Origin: Candidatus Heimdallarchaeum endolithica
GTDB lineage: Archaea > Asgardarchaeota > Heimdallarchaeia > Heimdallarchaeales > Heimdallarchaeaceae
Assembly (NCBI GenBank): GCA_021513715.1
Contig: CP084167.1
Location: forward strand, 64,001-128,000
Reading direction: 5' to 3'
DNA length: 64,000 nucleotides
The notes below the pieces were generated by a model. That model searched no databases and was not told the origin of the DNA. It saw only the letters and a list, made by a program, of their open reading frames with translations. Below are positions 1-11,699 of this stretch, piece after piece. A program made the position numbers and the translations under genes. Numbering within the stretch: position 1 is the first letter of the stretch; every line of letters starts with the position of its first letter.

Positions 1-1881
1 TTGATATTTATTGAGAGGAGGAAGAAATCTAACAATATTATCGATTGTTATTATTAAAGGAGTTTCAACAAGCTGTAGAAGCTTCTTATATTTTATTTCT
101 ACATCAAGTTCTTGGAAACGTTCTTCATTTAATGTTCTTATGAGAAAATCTAAAAATTCACAATTGTTAATGAAATACTTCTTATTTTTATAAGAAAAGA
201 GAATTCCGTTTTCCAAATTATTGTTCTCAATTTCATCAATAACTGAAAGAAACTTGTCTATTGAAATTTCTTCTTCTTTTAGCGTTTTTTCCTGTTTTTT
301 TAGACTTACAGCAATTACAAACTTATTGATGAAGTCTATATCCTTGTTTTTTTCTGCAAACTCTTCTAAGATTTTATAGTTTATTGAATATTTTACATTT
401 GAAACGCTAAATGAGAATTTTTCATTTTCTTGATCAACTGAATCCCTGATTTTTGAGAAGTTTTTTGCCATTATTTTTCTATTTAATTCTATATAAGCTA
501 TCATCTCTTTAAAAAACTGTAACTCATCTTCAAAAAAGGCATAATCTATATCGATATTGTTTACAGAATGTTTGGTTAGATTCTTTATTATCGAAATAAA
601 GAAAGCTTTCATTCTGGTATCTTTCATTGATGCTTGTTCTACAATATCAAGTAAAATCTTAAGTTCTGGAGAGTTAGAACTCCTTTTTTCCATTTCAGAA
701 AGGATTTCATGAGAAGTTAATTCTTTGCTTTTTTTCTCACCAAAAGTGTGTTGAATTGAGGATCTAGGATTGTAAGAATATCTGAGAATCTCTGATACTT
801 TTTTTACTTTAAATCCTATATTACGAATTTCTTTGATCCAATTTCCTGTTTCTAGATCACTAGCAAATGAAAAAAGATTAAGAAATTTATCTTGACTAAG
901 TTCTAAGATTGTTTTATTTTCAAGTTGTTCTGTGTCTATTGAATGTTGTTTATTTGCTTTATATAAGACATGAGCAAAATAAGCCATCACAGTTATACCA
1001 AAAGCTCGTTTTCTTTTTGAAAAAAGTGATTCTTCAGGATTTTCATTTAAAATTCGAATAAGTTCATTAGAAAAACTGTTCAATAGTCTAATGTTAAAAA
1101 ATTCATTATTTTTTTCTTGTTTTGCTTGACTTAAAGGAAAAATTGATGGAACCATGAAATTGTCTAATATTTGTAGTGATTCATTTTCCTCCTTTATTTT
1201 TCTGAATCTATCATAATTGTCCTTTATTTGAGAAGAAAAGCTACCCATAAAAAGTGATAGAGTTGGAAAAAATGGTTCTTCTTTCTTTGAGTTAATAATT
1301 GAAAGTAGCACTTCTGTCTCAGAAACAAAAGAGTTGAGCATTTTTAGAATGATTAACGTTCGAGAATCAATTTCTCTTGTATCTACTGATACACCAATAT
1401 GCAATGAAGATTTAAGGAAAGATTCTATTTCATTCATCATACTGTTTATAAGTTCACGTAATTTTGTTCCATCATCTTCAATTGATCTTAATGTAGGATT
1501 AAACAAACATTTTCTATACATTACAGCAGCTAAATTTTGCCAATCTTCAAATTCTTCAATATTTTTCTCAAGAACAGATAGAAAGGTATTAAGAAATTCT
1601 TCACCATAAAAACTGAATTTAGGAATGTTAAAAAGATGACTGAAAATCTCATTAGTATTGAATTTTTTCAATCGTTTATCTTTTTCTGAAGTTTCTTCCT
1701 TCTCTTCTTTTTTTCCTCCCTTACTTGATAAAACTTGCTTAATAATTTCTCTTGCTGGTTCTTGTGCTTTGTTTCTACTTAGCCCATAAGTACGAATAAG
1801 ATAGGTTACTACTAACCCAAAAGCGTCATCTCCATTTTCAATGATGTTTTCTTTAAGTTCATCAGTAATAAAGTAACTCAT
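1..1881 (-). CDS. Large hypothetical protein, partial (runs off the left window edge, at least 627 aa)
   Basis: ATG at 1881 reads MSYFITDELKENIIENGDDAFG...; the frame is open where I sampled it, including at position 1, and its absence from the ORF track fits having no stop in the window. Confidence 0.8.
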   Translation of the reverse strand, partial: MSYFITDELKENIIENGDDAFGLVVTYLIRTYGLSRNKAQEPAREIIKQVLSSKGGKKEEKEETSEKDKRLKKFNTNEIFSHLFNIPKFSFYGEEFLNTFLSVLEKNIEEFEDWQNLAAVMYRKCLFNPTLRSIEDDGTKLRELINSMMNEIESFLKSSLHIGVSVDTREIDSRTLIILKMLNSFVSETEVLLSIINSKKEEPFFPTLSLFMGSFSSQIKDNYDRFRKIKEENESLQILDNFMVPSIFPLSQAKQEKNNEFFNIRLLNSFSNELIRILNENPEESLFSKRKRAFGITVMAYFAHVLYKANKQHSIDTEQLENKTILELSQDKFLNLFSFASDLETGNWIKEIRNIGFKVKKVSEILRYSYNPRSSIQHTFGEKKSKELTSHEILSEMEKRSSNSPELKILLDIVEQASMKDTRMKAFFISIIKNLTKHSVNNIDIDYAFFEDELQFFKEMIAYIELNRKIMAKNFSKIRDSVDQENEKFSFSVSNVKYSINYKILEEFAEKNKDIDFINKFVIAVSLKKQEKTLKEEEISIDKFLSVIDEIENNNLENGILFSYKNKKYFINNCEFLDFLIRTLNEERFQELDVEIKYKKLLQLVETPLIITIDNIVRFLPPLNKYQ

Positions 1882-1933
1882 TGTCTAACTTTACAAAAAA
1901 AGACTTTCCTTTAAAATCTATTGATTCTCTAAG

Positions 1934-2066
1934 AAAGCATGTCCAAACATTAATTTAATCAATGTGGGAGGTTGTGTTGGTTGGAAATAAGTCTTCTTTC
2001 CTAATATTAAAACCGCCAAAAGGTAAGAGAGTTCTTAAAGGTTAATAAACCTTCCTTAGAGCACTG
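1934..2066 (+). mobile_element. IS5-like left-end remnant (terminal inverted repeat plus first ~130 bp)
   Basis: Starts AAAGCATGTCCAAACATTAATT, the same terminus as the IS copies at 7790 and 33713; it is an inverted, diverged copy of ~7650-7784. Confidence 0.75.
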
Positions 2067-2263
2067 GTCGTAGTGTCTAGTTTTTAGTTTTTTTAAAAAG
2101 ATGTTCTCGTCGATTAAAATTTCTTCAAACAAAAATATTATGACCTTTCATAGTGTATTTCGTGGAGAAAGTTTATTAATCATCCACCCTTTAGTTTAAT
2201 TAAAAAAAAGTGTAACCCCTCTATGTGGAGTTATCATTAGTTAATTGAAAAGAAGGAGTTTTT

Positions 2264-5200
2264 ATGATAAAAAAAAAGAATAAAAAAATTCTATTTGTAT
2301 TGATGCTGACATTATTATTAAATTCCATTGCAACTAAAATGGATAAACACGAAGAATTACTTTTTCAACCTAATGTGAACTCTTCGATTAACAACATTAG
2401 AGATGTCACCTTATCCCTTAGTGAACACGAAACAATACAAATATCTTCAGATAGTGATTTCAGTGCTTTTCCTGGTTCAGGAACAGAGGAAGATCCCTAT
2501 ATTATTGAAGGATACAACATTACAACTGATGCAGATAATGGTATTCATATCCAAGACACTACAAAATACTTTATTATACGCAATTGTTATATAGATGCTT
2601 ATAAACGAGGAGTTTATATTTCAAATGTTGCCAACAATACAGCAAAAATCATTAACAATACTATAACAAACAATAACTACGATGGAATATACTTGCGTTA
2701 TTCTGATTTTGCTACTATTACTAATAATACTATAACAAATAATGGGCAAGGAATATACTTGGGGGATTCTGTTAATGCTACTATTACTGGTAACACTCTA
2801 ATAAACAATAACGGGAATGGAATACAAGTGGCTTGGTCTTCTAATTTTGCTACTATTACTTGTAATACTCTAACAAACAATACCGGGGATGGAATATACT
2901 TGGAATATTCTTCTGATTTTGCTACTATTACTTGTAATACTATAACAAACAATACCGGGGATGGAATATATTTATATTCTTCTGATTTTGCTACTATTAC
3001 TTGTAATACTATAACAAACAATAACGAGTATGGAGGAATATACTTGTATGGAGGAATAAACATAGGTTGGTCTGATTTTGCTACTATTACTTGTAATACT
3101 ATAACAAACAATAACTGGGTTGGAATACACTTGGCGGGTTCTTCTAATGCTACTATTACTTGTAATACTATAACAAATAATGACTACGATGGAATATACT
3201 TGGAATATTCTTCTGCTAATGCTAATATTACTTGTAATACTATAACAAATAACGGGAATGGAATATACTTGTATTATTCTTCTGATTTTGCTACTATTAC
3301 TTGTAATACTATAACAAATAACGGGAAGGGAATATTCTTGCGTTCTTCTGATTATGCTTCTATTACCGACAATACTATAATAGACAATAACGACGATGGA
3401 ATATACTTGTATTCTTCTGATTATGCTACTATTACTTGTAATACTATAACAAATAACGGGAAGGGAATATTCTTGCGTTCTTCTGATTATGCTTCTATTA
3501 CCGACAATACTATAATAGACAATAACGACGATGGAATATACTTGGAGGGTTCTGCTAATGCTACTATTACTTGTAATACTATAACAAACAATAACTACGA
3601 TGGAATACACTTGGAGGATTCTGCTAATGCTACTATTACTTGTAATACTATAACAAACAATACTATAACGGACAATGACGGGGTTGGAATAGGTTTGTAT
3701 TATTCTGCTAATGCTACTATTACTGATAATATCTTTATTAATGATGGACTGCTTATTTATAGCGATGAAATTAGTTTTTATTCCTCTTTAACTGTAGAGG
3801 ACAACTTGGTAAATGGAAAACCTTTAGGCTATTTTTTCAATGCTTCTAATATGGTTATTGATCAATCGGATTACTATGGTCAGCTTATTCTAATTAACTG
3901 TTCTCATCTTACCATTGCTAACCAAAACTTGAGTTATACTGATATTGGTCTATTTGGATTGTATTGCAACTATCTAAATATTACCTATAATATTATAACA
4001 AATAACAGGTATGGAATAGATTTGTGGTATTCTTCTTCTGCTACTATTACTTGTAATACTATAACAAACAATGACTGGGAGGGAATAGGTTTGTGGTATT
4101 CTTCTTCTGCTACTATTACTTGTAATACTATAACAGACAATAACTGGGAGGGAATACACTTGGAATATTCTTCTTCTTCTGCTATTATTACTTGTAATAC
4201 TATAACAGACAATAAAGACGAGGGAATAGGTTTGTATTCTTCTGCTAATGCTACTATTACTAATAATACTATAACAAACAATAACTACGATGGAATATAC
4301 TTGGAGGGTTCTGCTAATGCTACTATTACTTGTAATACTATAACAAATAATGACTACGATGGAATACACTTGGCGGGTTCTGCTAACGCTACTATTACTT
4401 GTAATACTATAACAAACAATAACTACGATGGAATAAAGTTGCATTCTTCTGCTAATGCTACTATTGTAATGAATTTAATTTTGAACAATACGGAATATGG
4501 AATATACTTGTATTACTCTTCTGATTTTGCTACTATTACTTGTAATACTATAACAAACAATGACTGGGAGGGAATATTCTTGCGTTCTTCTGATTATGCT
4601 TCTATTACCAACAATACTATAACAAACAATAACTACGATGGAATATACTTGGAGGGTTCTGCTAATGCTACTATTACTTGTAATACTATAACAAACAATA
4701 ACTACGATGGAATACACTTGGAGGGTTCTGCTAATGCTACTATTGTAATGAATTTAATTATGAACAATACGGAATATGGAATATACTTGTATTCTTCTGC
4801 TAATGCTAATATTTACTCTAATTTTTTTATAGATAACAATTTTCAAGGATCCTCTCAAGCTTATGATTCTGGTCAAGAAAACATATGGTATAACAATACA
4901 ACACAAATAGGTAATTATTGGTCTGATTGGAATGGCATAGGTTCTTATCCTATTGATGGTTATAGCAACTCTGTTGACCTTTATCCTATTAATGATACTG
5001 ATAGTGACGGAATTGATGATGGAGAAGAAGTTAATACTTACGGTACTGATCCTTTAGATTCTGATACTGATGGTGACGGAATTGATGATGGAGAAGAAGT
5101 TAATGCTTATAGTACTGATCCTTTAGATTCTGATACTGATAGTGACGGAATTGATGATGGAGAAGAAGTTAATACTTATGTTACTAACCCTCTCAAAACT

Positions 5201-7363
5201 GATACTGATGATGATGGAATTGATGATGGAGAAGAGGTTTACACTTATATTACCGATCCTTTAGATTCTGATACTGACAGCGATGGTATGCCTGATGGTT
5301 GGGAAGTAGAGAACAGTTTGGATCCTCTAGCTGATGACTCTTCTTCTGACCCTGATTCTGATGGTTTAACTAATTTAGAAGAATATTCAAACTCCACCAA
5401 CCCTAATGATTCTGATACTGATAGTGACGGAATTGATGATGGAGAAGAAGTTAATGCTTATAGTACTGATCCTTTAGATTCTGATACTGATAGTGACGGA
5501 ATTGATGATGGAGAAGAAGTTAATACTTATGTTACTAACCCTCTCAAAACTGATACTGATGATGATGGAATTGATGATGGAGAAGAGGTTTACACTTATA
5601 TTACCGATCCTTTAGATTCTGATACTGACAGCGATGGTATGCCTGATGGTTGGGAAGTAGAGAACAGTTTGGATCCTCTAACTGATGACTCTTCTTCTGA
5701 CCCTGATTCTGATGGTTTAACTAATTTAGAAGAATATCAAGCTGGTACTGATCCTTTAGATTCTGATACTGATGCAGATGGTTTATCTGATAGTGACGAA
5801 GTTACCACTTACAATACTGACCCTAATGATTCTGACACTGACGGTGATGGTATGCCTGATGGTTGGGAAGTAGAGAACAGTTTGGATCCTCTAACTGATG
5901 ACTCTTCTTCTGACCCTGATTCTGATGGTTTAACTAATTTAGAAGAATATCAAGCTGGTACTGATCCTTTAGATTCTGATACTGATGCAGATGGTTTATC
6001 TGATAGTGACGAAGTTACCACTTACAATACCGACCCTAATGATTCTGACACTGACGGTGATGGTATACCTGATGGTTGGGAAGTAGAGAACAGTTTGGAT
6101 CCTCTAACTGATGACTCTTCTTCTGACCCTGATTTTGATGGTTTAACTAATTTAGAAGAATATCTATCAAATACCGACCCTAATGATTCTGACACTGATG
6201 GTGACGGAATTGATGATGGCGACGAAGTTAATACTTATGGTACTGACCCTACATTGTCTGATACTGACAGCGATGGTATACCTGATGGTTGGGAAGTAGA
6301 GAATGATTTAGACCCCTTAACTGATGATTCTGCAGAGGATCCTGATTCTGATGGTTTAACTAATTTAGAAGAATATCTATCAAATACCGACCCTAATGAT
6401 TCTGACACTGATGCAGATGGTTTATCTGATAGTGACGAAGTTACCACTTACAATACTGACCCTAATGATTCTGATACTGATAGTGATAGTATACCTGATG
6501 GTTGGGAAGTAGAGAACAGTTTGGATCCTCTAACTGATGACTCTTCTTCTGACCCTGATTTTGATGGTTTAACTAACTTAGAAGAATATCAAGCTGGTAC
6601 TGATCCTTTAGATTCTGATACTGATGCAGATGGTTTATCTGATAGTGACGAAGTTACCACTTACAATACTGACCCTAATGATTCTGACACTGACGGTGAT
6701 GGTATACCTGATGGTTGGGAAGTAGAGAACAGTTTGGATCCTCTAACTGATGACTCTTCTTCTGACCCTGATTCTGATGGTTTAACTAATTTAGAAGAAT
6801 ATCAAGCTGGTACTGATCCTTTAGATTCTGATACTGATGCAGATGGTTTATCTGATAGTGACGAAGTTACCACTTACAATACTGACCCTAATGATTCTGA
6901 CACTGACGGTGATGGTATACCTGATGGTTGGGAAGTAGAGAACAGTTTGGATCCTCTAACTGATGACTCTTCTTCTGACCCTGATTTTGATGGTTTAACT
7001 AATTTAGAAGAATATCTATCAAATACCGACCCTAATGATTCTGACACTGATGGTGACGGAATTGATGATGGCGACGAAGTTAATACTTATGGTACTGACC
7101 CTACATTGTCTGACACTGATGGTGATGGTATGCCTGATGGTTGGGAAGTAGAGAATGATTTAGACCCCTTAACTGATGATTCTGCAGAGGATCCTGATGG
7201 TGATGGTTTAACTAATTTAGAAGAGTATCAAGCAAGTACAGACCCCCAAATACCTAATACTCAGGGTAAAAAAATAAATACAACTGCTATTATTGTTATT
7301 GCTTCAGTTTTTGGTGCTGTTAGTATTGGAGGATTAGTTTTTCTATTTATTCGACGAAGATAG
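2264..7363 (+). CDS. 1699-aa membrane-anchored surface protein: signal peptide, right-handed beta-helix (NosD/CASH-like) repeats, DxDxDG Ca-binding (thrombospondin type-3-like) repeats, C-terminal TM helix
   Basis: [20 protein letters not shown] repeats; [15 protein letters not shown]/DGLTNLEEY repeats; hydrophobic tail ending in RRR. Confidence 0.88.
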   Translation: MIKKKNKKILFVLMLTLLLNSIATKMDKHEELLFQPNVNSSINNIRDVTLSLSEHETIQISSDSDFSAFPGSGTEEDPYIIEGYNITTDADNGIHIQDTTKYFIIRNCYIDAYKRGVYISNVANNTAKIINNTITNNNYDGIYLRYSDFATITNNTITNNGQGIYLGDSVNATITGNTLINNNGNGIQVAWSSNFATITCNTLTNNTGDGIYLEYSSDFATITCNTITNNTGDGIYLYSSDFATITCNTITNNNEYGGIYLYGGINIGWSDFATITCNTITNNNWVGIHLAGSSNATITCNTITNNDYDGIYLEYSSANANITCNTITNNGNGIYLYYSSDFATITCNTITNNGKGIFLRSSDYASITDNTIIDNNDDGIYLYSSDYATITCNTITNNGKGIFLRSSDYASITDNTIIDNNDDGIYLEGSANATITCNTITNNNYDGIHLEDSANATITCNTITNNTITDNDGVGIGLYYSANATITDNIFINDGLLIYSDEISFYSSLTVEDNLVNGKPLGYFFNASNMVIDQSDYYGQLILINCSHLTIANQNLSYTDIGLFGLYCNYLNITYNIITNNRYGIDLWYSSSATITCNTITNNDWEGIGLWYSSSATITCNTITDNNWEGIHLEYSSSSAIITCNTITDNKDEGIGLYSSANATITNNTITNNNYDGIYLEGSANATITCNTITNNDYDGIHLAGSANATITCNTITNNNYDGIKLHSSANATIVMNLILNNTEYGIYLYYSSDFATITCNTITNNDWEGIFLRSSDYASITNNTITNNNYDGIYLEGSANATITCNTITNNNYDGIHLEGSANATIVMNLIMNNTEYGIYLYSSANANIYSNFFIDNNFQGSSQAYDSGQENIWYNNTTQIGNYWSDWNGIGSYPIDGYSNSVDLYPINDTDSDGIDDGEEVNTYGTDPLDSDTDGDGIDDGEEVNAYSTDPLDSDTDSDGIDDGEEVNTYVTNPLKTDTDDDGIDDGEEVYTYITDPLDSDTDSDGMPDGWEVENSLDPLADDSSSDPDSDGLTNLEEYSNSTNPNDSDTDSDGIDDGEEVNAYSTDPLDSDTDSDGIDDGEEVNTYVTNPLKTDTDDDGIDDGEEVYTYITDPLDSDTDSDGMPDGWEVENSLDPLTDDSSSDPDSDGLTNLEEYQAGTDPLDSDTDADGLSDSDEVTTYNTDPNDSDTDGDGMPDGWEVENSLDPLTDDSSSDPDSDGLTNLEEYQAGTDPLDSDTDADGLSDSDEVTTYNTDPNDSDTDGDGIPDGWEVENSLDPLTDDSSSDPDFDGLTNLEEYLSNTDPNDSDTDGDGIDDGDEVNTYGTDPTLSDTDSDGIPDGWEVENDLDPLTDDSAEDPDSDGLTNLEEYLSNTDPNDSDTDADGLSDSDEVTTYNTDPNDSDTDSDSIPDGWEVENSLDPLTDDSSSDPDFDGLTNLEEYQAGTDPLDSDTDADGLSDSDEVTTYNTDPNDSDTDGDGIPDGWEVENSLDPLTDDSSSDPDSDGLTNLEEYQAGTDPLDSDTDADGLSDSDEVTTYNTDPNDSDTDGDGIPDGWEVENSLDPLTDDSSSDPDFDGLTNLEEYLSNTDPNDSDTDGDGIDDGDEVNTYGTDPTLSDTDGDGMPDGWEVENDLDPLTDDSAEDPDGDGLTNLEEYQASTDPQIPNTQGKKINTTAIIVIASVFGAVSIGGLVFLFIRRR
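2650..4810 (+). repeat. Intragenic ~66-72 bp tandem repeats encoding beta-helix coils
   Basis: Recurrent GCTACTATTACTTGTAATACTATAACAAACAA; a ~119-bp block at ~3291 recurs at ~3426 (135-bp period). Confidence 0.9.
4990..7225 (+). repeat. Intragenic tandem repeats encoding acidic Ca-binding motifs (~213-bp and ~351-bp higher-order units)
   Basis: Near-identical blocks offset by 351 bp (5101 vs 5452) and by 213 bp (5701 vs 5914). Confidence 0.9.
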
Positions 7364-7489
7364 CCCATTTTTCTATTTTTGTAATTTTTTTCTTTTCTCT
7401 TTTTCATTATCTGAGACTATTTCTTACTTTTTATTATCAACTTTTTCTTTACTGATTTTTTATTGTGGAGAATCAAGAAGAGCATTTCT

Positions 7490-7784
7490 TTTAGGAGGAA
7501 TGACAAGAATGAGAGCAGGTTTTTATCTCTCTCAACTTCCTCAATCCAAGCTATTCCCTCTATCCTTGCAATCGCTACCAGAGTTACTATTACCCACCTC
7601 TCTGCTATCCTCTTCCTATCTCTCTTACCAGTTCTCGAAGGTTTTTTTACAAGTGCTCTAAGGGGGGTTCATTAACCTTTAATAACTCTCTTCCCTTGTG
7701 GGTTTTCTAATATTAGGAAAGAAGATATTCTTCCAACCAACACAATCCCCTACATTAATAAGAATTAATTTTCGGATATGCTTT
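7490..7784 (-). mobile_element. Truncated IS5-like left end with 5' transposase fragment
   Basis: Ends GGATATGCTTT (terminal repeat variant); ~7530-7630 resembles 8550-8650 of the adjacent IS; inner boundary approximate. Confidence 0.7.
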
Positions 7785-7789
7785 CTAAG

Positions 7790-8798
7790 AAGCATGTCTT
7801 AAAATTCCTTTTCACCTGCTAAACGGTACGAAGGAGTAAAAGGTAGTTGTAACAGAGGAGAAAACTGTAAAGAGTAGAAAGAATAGTAGAAGGTAAAAGA
7901 TCAAGGATGGGGGAAGAGAGAGTTTGAGGAGACTAAACCAAAGACATGTTCAACACTACTACGATACTCGGGTGGTGATTATGGTGATAGAGATCAGGGT
8001 AGAGACGATGAGCTTGAACTATTGATCCAAGAGGAGGAGAGGGATAACGAGCATTACTTTTTTGGGGAATAACAGGAAAAAAGGAATGTTGGCTAAGAAG
8101 ACCGACGATATTTTCTGTCAAGTAGGGGTAGTCACCATAAAATCTCAAAAAAGGTCTCAAGAGTGCAGGAGGAAGTTTCTGCCATAGCAAACCGAAGACT
8201 TTACTATCGTAAGTGTTACTATTAGAATGAGCTAGGGAGACTATTGCTCTGGAGGGTAAACCAATAATAAGGTGTATGTTCCAGAAAATTTTGGCGGTTT
8301 TCTTTAGTGACCCTCTTAACCACTTGAGAAAACGCCAAACAGAAGCTTAACGAATTTTAAACCCTGAACTGTCCACCGATATTGCTTTCAACCCTTTTTT
8401 TCTCACTATTTCGCCCCTTAAATCTATTATCCTCTGCTCTAAGATTTTACTTTCTGTTGCTCTCCACACTGCATGAAAAGTAGATTTAGAAGGAATATTC
8501 CTCATCCACCCCTCTTCTATCAAAAAAGCGCATAGAGACAACTTTTCCTCTAACTTCCTCCAAGCTATCCCTTCTATTCTTGCAATGATTGTTATTGCTA
8601 ATATTACCCATCTTTCTTTCTGCTATTCTCTTTCTCCCTCTCTTACTTTCTCTCGTTTCCTCTTTCACCAGTTTCTTAAGGAAAGGTTCATTAATGATTA
8701 TGAATTCTATTACTTTGTGGGGGTCTAAAATCTGGAAATGTGTCATACTTCCGACATAAACCCCCACATTAATAAAAATTAATTTTTGGACATGCTTT
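7790..8798 (-). mobile_element. IS5/IS4-like (DDE_Tnp_1) insertion sequence with frameshifted transposase
   Basis: Terminal repeats AAGCATGTCTTAAAATT / AATTTTTGGACATGCTTT; fragments 8486-8767, 8347-8541 (VDSSG) and 7933-8190 (GDxPY), plus an out-of-frame RSxVEHVFG motif. Confidence 0.85.
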
Positions 8799-8874
8799 AA
8801 ACTATAAATAAACTAGTTAAAATTTTTAAAATTACTATTATCTAGAGTACTACAGAAAGAAAAAAGTAGAAAAA

Positions 8875-9741
8875 CTAATCAATCTTTTTCCCACAATTTA
8901 TACAAAACTTTGAATCAGGAGAATTTTTTGTTCCACAATAAGGACAAAATTCTGATTTATCTTTAAGTTTTGAAGTAGTTTTAGTTTCATATAATGGTCT
9001 TGAATAGGAATAAGACGTATATTGTGGCACTTTGTGAAGAGATGAAATTTGAGCATTATTTGCTACAAAAAACATGCTTATAATAAACAATAATTTAATT
9101 ATTAAAGCTAGAAACTGAAAAATAGAATAAAATATGTTTGTATAAATAGTCACTGGAGAAATATGTAATATGTTTAAGATTGATATTACAATATCAATTA
9201 TCAACGACATAATTTTGATAATTACATAAATGAAAATTGGCCATATAACTACTCTATACTCCATTCCTTGATTCATCTTATTTATTGAAAGGACAAAGAA
9301 AATATTAAGAAAAATTATACATATCAGTAATAAAATGTAAAATATCAAATAGAATATTATTAAGAATTCTGAATACATTATTAGGAATTGGCTTAAAAAT
9401 AGTCCAATGTTAAATAATGTTAGTATTATTGCTAAAATAGTGAATAAACCAAACATAAAACTTTCTTTACTTTTTTCTATTTTTTCTATAGATCTATTTA
9501 GATAAAGAAAAGAGAAATAAAGTGGAAGTGTTAACAAGGAAGATAAAATGGCTCCTAATGCATTAATCCATAAATATTCATAATTTGTACTATTTCTTAT
9601 ATAGCTCAATTCAATAAAAAAGAAAACATAACTAACAATTAGAATTACAAGAAAAGAGATTCCAATATATCTAAAACCAAGTTTTATTTCTCTTACAACA
9701 TTTTTTTCATTTTCCATAACTGCTGAACTAACTTTCTCCAT
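8875..9741 (-). CDS. Multi-pass membrane protein with C-terminal zinc ribbon
   Basis: About 6 hydrophobic segments; C-terminal CPYCGTKNSPDSKFCINCG. Confidence 0.8.
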   Translation of the reverse strand: MEKVSSAVMENEKNVVREIKLGFRYIGISFLVILIVSYVFFFIELSYIRNSTNYEYLWINALGAILSSLLTLPLYFSFLYLNRSIEKIEKSKESFMFGLFTILAIILTLFNIGLFLSQFLIMYSEFLIIFYLIFYILLLICIIFLNIFFVLSINKMNQGMEYRVVIWPIFIYVIIKIMSLIIDIVISILNILHISPVTIYTNIFYSIFQFLALIIKLLFIISMFFVANNAQISSLHKVPQYTSYSYSRPLYETKTTSKLKDKSEFCPYCGTKNSPDSKFCINCGKKID

Positions 9742-9995
9742 ATATAAACGTTTTCAATAAAAATTGAGGAATATCTTCTTTTTTTCAAAGTATTAGACGA
9801 AGTATAGAATGATCACAATATTTTTGAATAGTAAAAGTTTTTTCAAAATAAAGAGTAAACTATTCGTAAGAGTAGTTTCTCGATTTTAACAAAGAGAGAT
9901 TTCAGAATTCATTTTCTCTTATGAAGATCATTCAAATGGAAAGAAATTTACTATTCAAGAAAGAAACGAATACTAAGAATTCTCTTATTTTAATG

Positions 9996-10850
9996 CTAAT
10001 TCATCTTTTTTCCACAATTTATACAAAACTTTGAATCAGGAGAATTTTCTGTTCCACAAAAAGGACATAAATTTATTGATTTTTTGGATTTGCCAGCATA
10101 TCCTGAATACGCATAAGGAGTATATTGTGTCTCATGATATAATGAAGAAGTTTGAGCATTATTAGCTACGAAAAACATGCTTATAATAAATATTAATTCA
10201 ACAACTAGATCTATAGTTTTAAAGAAAGAATATAACATGCTGGTGAATAAAGCATAAGAAGAGAGTTTTAGTATAATAAAAACTTGAATTATTAGCCTAA
10301 ATATTGCTCCGATTGAGTTAATAGTTGCATATATTACAATTGGCCAAATAATTACTCCAACTTCCATTTTACTATTCATTTTACTTATTGAAAGAGCAAA
10401 GAAGATATAAACGAAAATGAAGCATATCTGCAAAATAATGTAAGATATATTATAAATGTTATAATATTTATCAGCATTTTCTACTAAGAATTGAGCTAAA
10501 AATAATCCAATATTAAAGAATATTAACATTACTGCAATTGTTGTTGATATTCTAAATATAGTGTTTTCTTTGCTTTTTTCTATTTCATCTATTTTTTTGC
10601 TTAAGTACAAAAAACTAAAGTAAATCAGAGTAAACAACAATGAAGAAATATTACTACTGCCAATATATATTAAATAATAGTTACTATGTGATAAATTATT
10701 ATGTAAATAATTACTTAAATAGCTTAGCTGAAAAATTAGAAAAGCAAGATTAGTAATAAAAGCTAAAAGAGAAGTAACCCCTATAGTTCCGAAACCACGT
10801 TTCAGTTCATTTATTAGAGTTTCTTCATTTTCCATAATTAATCTCTCCAA
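9996..10850 (-). CDS. Multi-pass membrane protein with C-terminal zinc ribbon (tandem paralogue of 8875-9741)
   Basis: Shared FIISMFFVANNAQ and CPxCGTxNSPDSKFCINCGKK. Confidence 0.8.
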   Translation of the reverse strand: MERLIMENEETLINELKRGFGTIGVTSLLAFITNLAFLIFQLSYLSNYLHNNLSHSNYYLIYIGSSNISSLLFTLIYFSFLYLSKKIDEIEKSKENTIFRISTTIAVMLIFFNIGLFLAQFLVENADKYYNIYNISYIILQICFIFVYIFFALSISKMNSKMEVGVIIWPIVIYATINSIGAIFRLIIQVFIILKLSSYALFTSMLYSFFKTIDLVVELIFIISMFFVANNAQTSSLYHETQYTPYAYSGYAGKSKKSINLCPFCGTENSPDSKFCINCGKKMN

Positions 10851-10953
10851 AGCTAAATATATAAAGATTTACAATTTTTATCTTTTAATTTCATCAGAAA
10901 ACCAGTTAAAAGCTAATAATAATACTTTTTAATAGATAATTTGTTTCAAGGTT

Positions 10954-11691
10954 ATGTGTAGATTATTCTTAAAAATAGGAAAAAATTTAGAAAAGAATGC
11001 TATTTCAGAGTTTATTCTTTCTTGTGAAGATTATCTAAAAGGACCTAAACTAGATATTCACGAGCGAAATAAGGATCAAACATTTCCTCATCCTGATGGT
11101 TTTGGTTATTCTGTTCTCAAGAACAATAGTTTTTCAACTTTTCACTTTCTTGAACCTATTTTTTCCACTTCTATAGATATTTACTCAGAGGTAGAGAAAG
11201 GTGAAATTGCTCTAATACATGCAAGAAAAGCTTCTCCAGGTATTGAAATCGATATCAAAAATAATCATCCATTTGAGCAGAAATTTCAGGGAAAAGAGTG
11301 GGTTTTTATGCACAATGGAACAATAAAAACAGAAATAATTTTTGATAAAAATAAGTTTAATCCTAAAGGAACAACAGACTCTGAAAAATATTTTTTTAAA
11401 TTACTTGAACTTATAGAAAAAAATGGTTCATTGTCAAGTAAAGCAGTTTATAATTTAATAAAAGAGTGGGATTATAGCGGTGCAAATTTCATTTTAGCTA
11501 ATAATGAAAAAGTTTGGGTTGGTGTTTTCTTCAAAAAATATCCTTTGTACTACACAATGAAACTATATAATTCTGATTCAACCATTATAGTTAGTTCATG
11601 CTATCTTCCCTCACTTGGTGAAGCTAAATTATTAAAAAATAATTCATTAATTGAAATAGATATTAGAGAAATACAGATATTTCAAAAATAA
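10954..11691 (+). CDS. Class II (Ntn) glutamine amidotransferase, YafJ/EgtC-like
   Basis: N-terminal MCR; HPDGFG, HARKAS, NNHPF, HNGTI and GTTDSE motifs. Confidence 0.88.
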   Translation: MCRLFLKIGKNLEKNAISEFILSCEDYLKGPKLDIHERNKDQTFPHPDGFGYSVLKNNSFSTFHFLEPIFSTSIDIYSEVEKGEIALIHARKASPGIEIDIKNNHPFEQKFQGKEWVFMHNGTIKTEIIFDKNKFNPKGTTDSEKYFFKLLELIEKNGSLSSKAVYNLIKEWDYSGANFILANNEKVWVGVFFKKYPLYYTMKLYNSDSTIIVSSCYLPSLGEAKLLKNNSLIEIDIREIQIFQK

Positions 11692-11699
11692 ATTCTACA

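Noticed and set aside
2403-6447. Overlapping short ORFs on both strands inside the 1699-aa gene
   Set aside because: Shadow frames produced by the tandem repeats
2650-7225. Possible CRISPR array or diversity-generating retroelement template
   Set aside because: Repeats are in-frame coding units without unique spacers, and I saw no cas or reverse transcriptase gene in the window
7463-7675. 70-aa plus-strand ORF; likewise 33810-34001
   Set aside because: Antisense to IS transposase remnants
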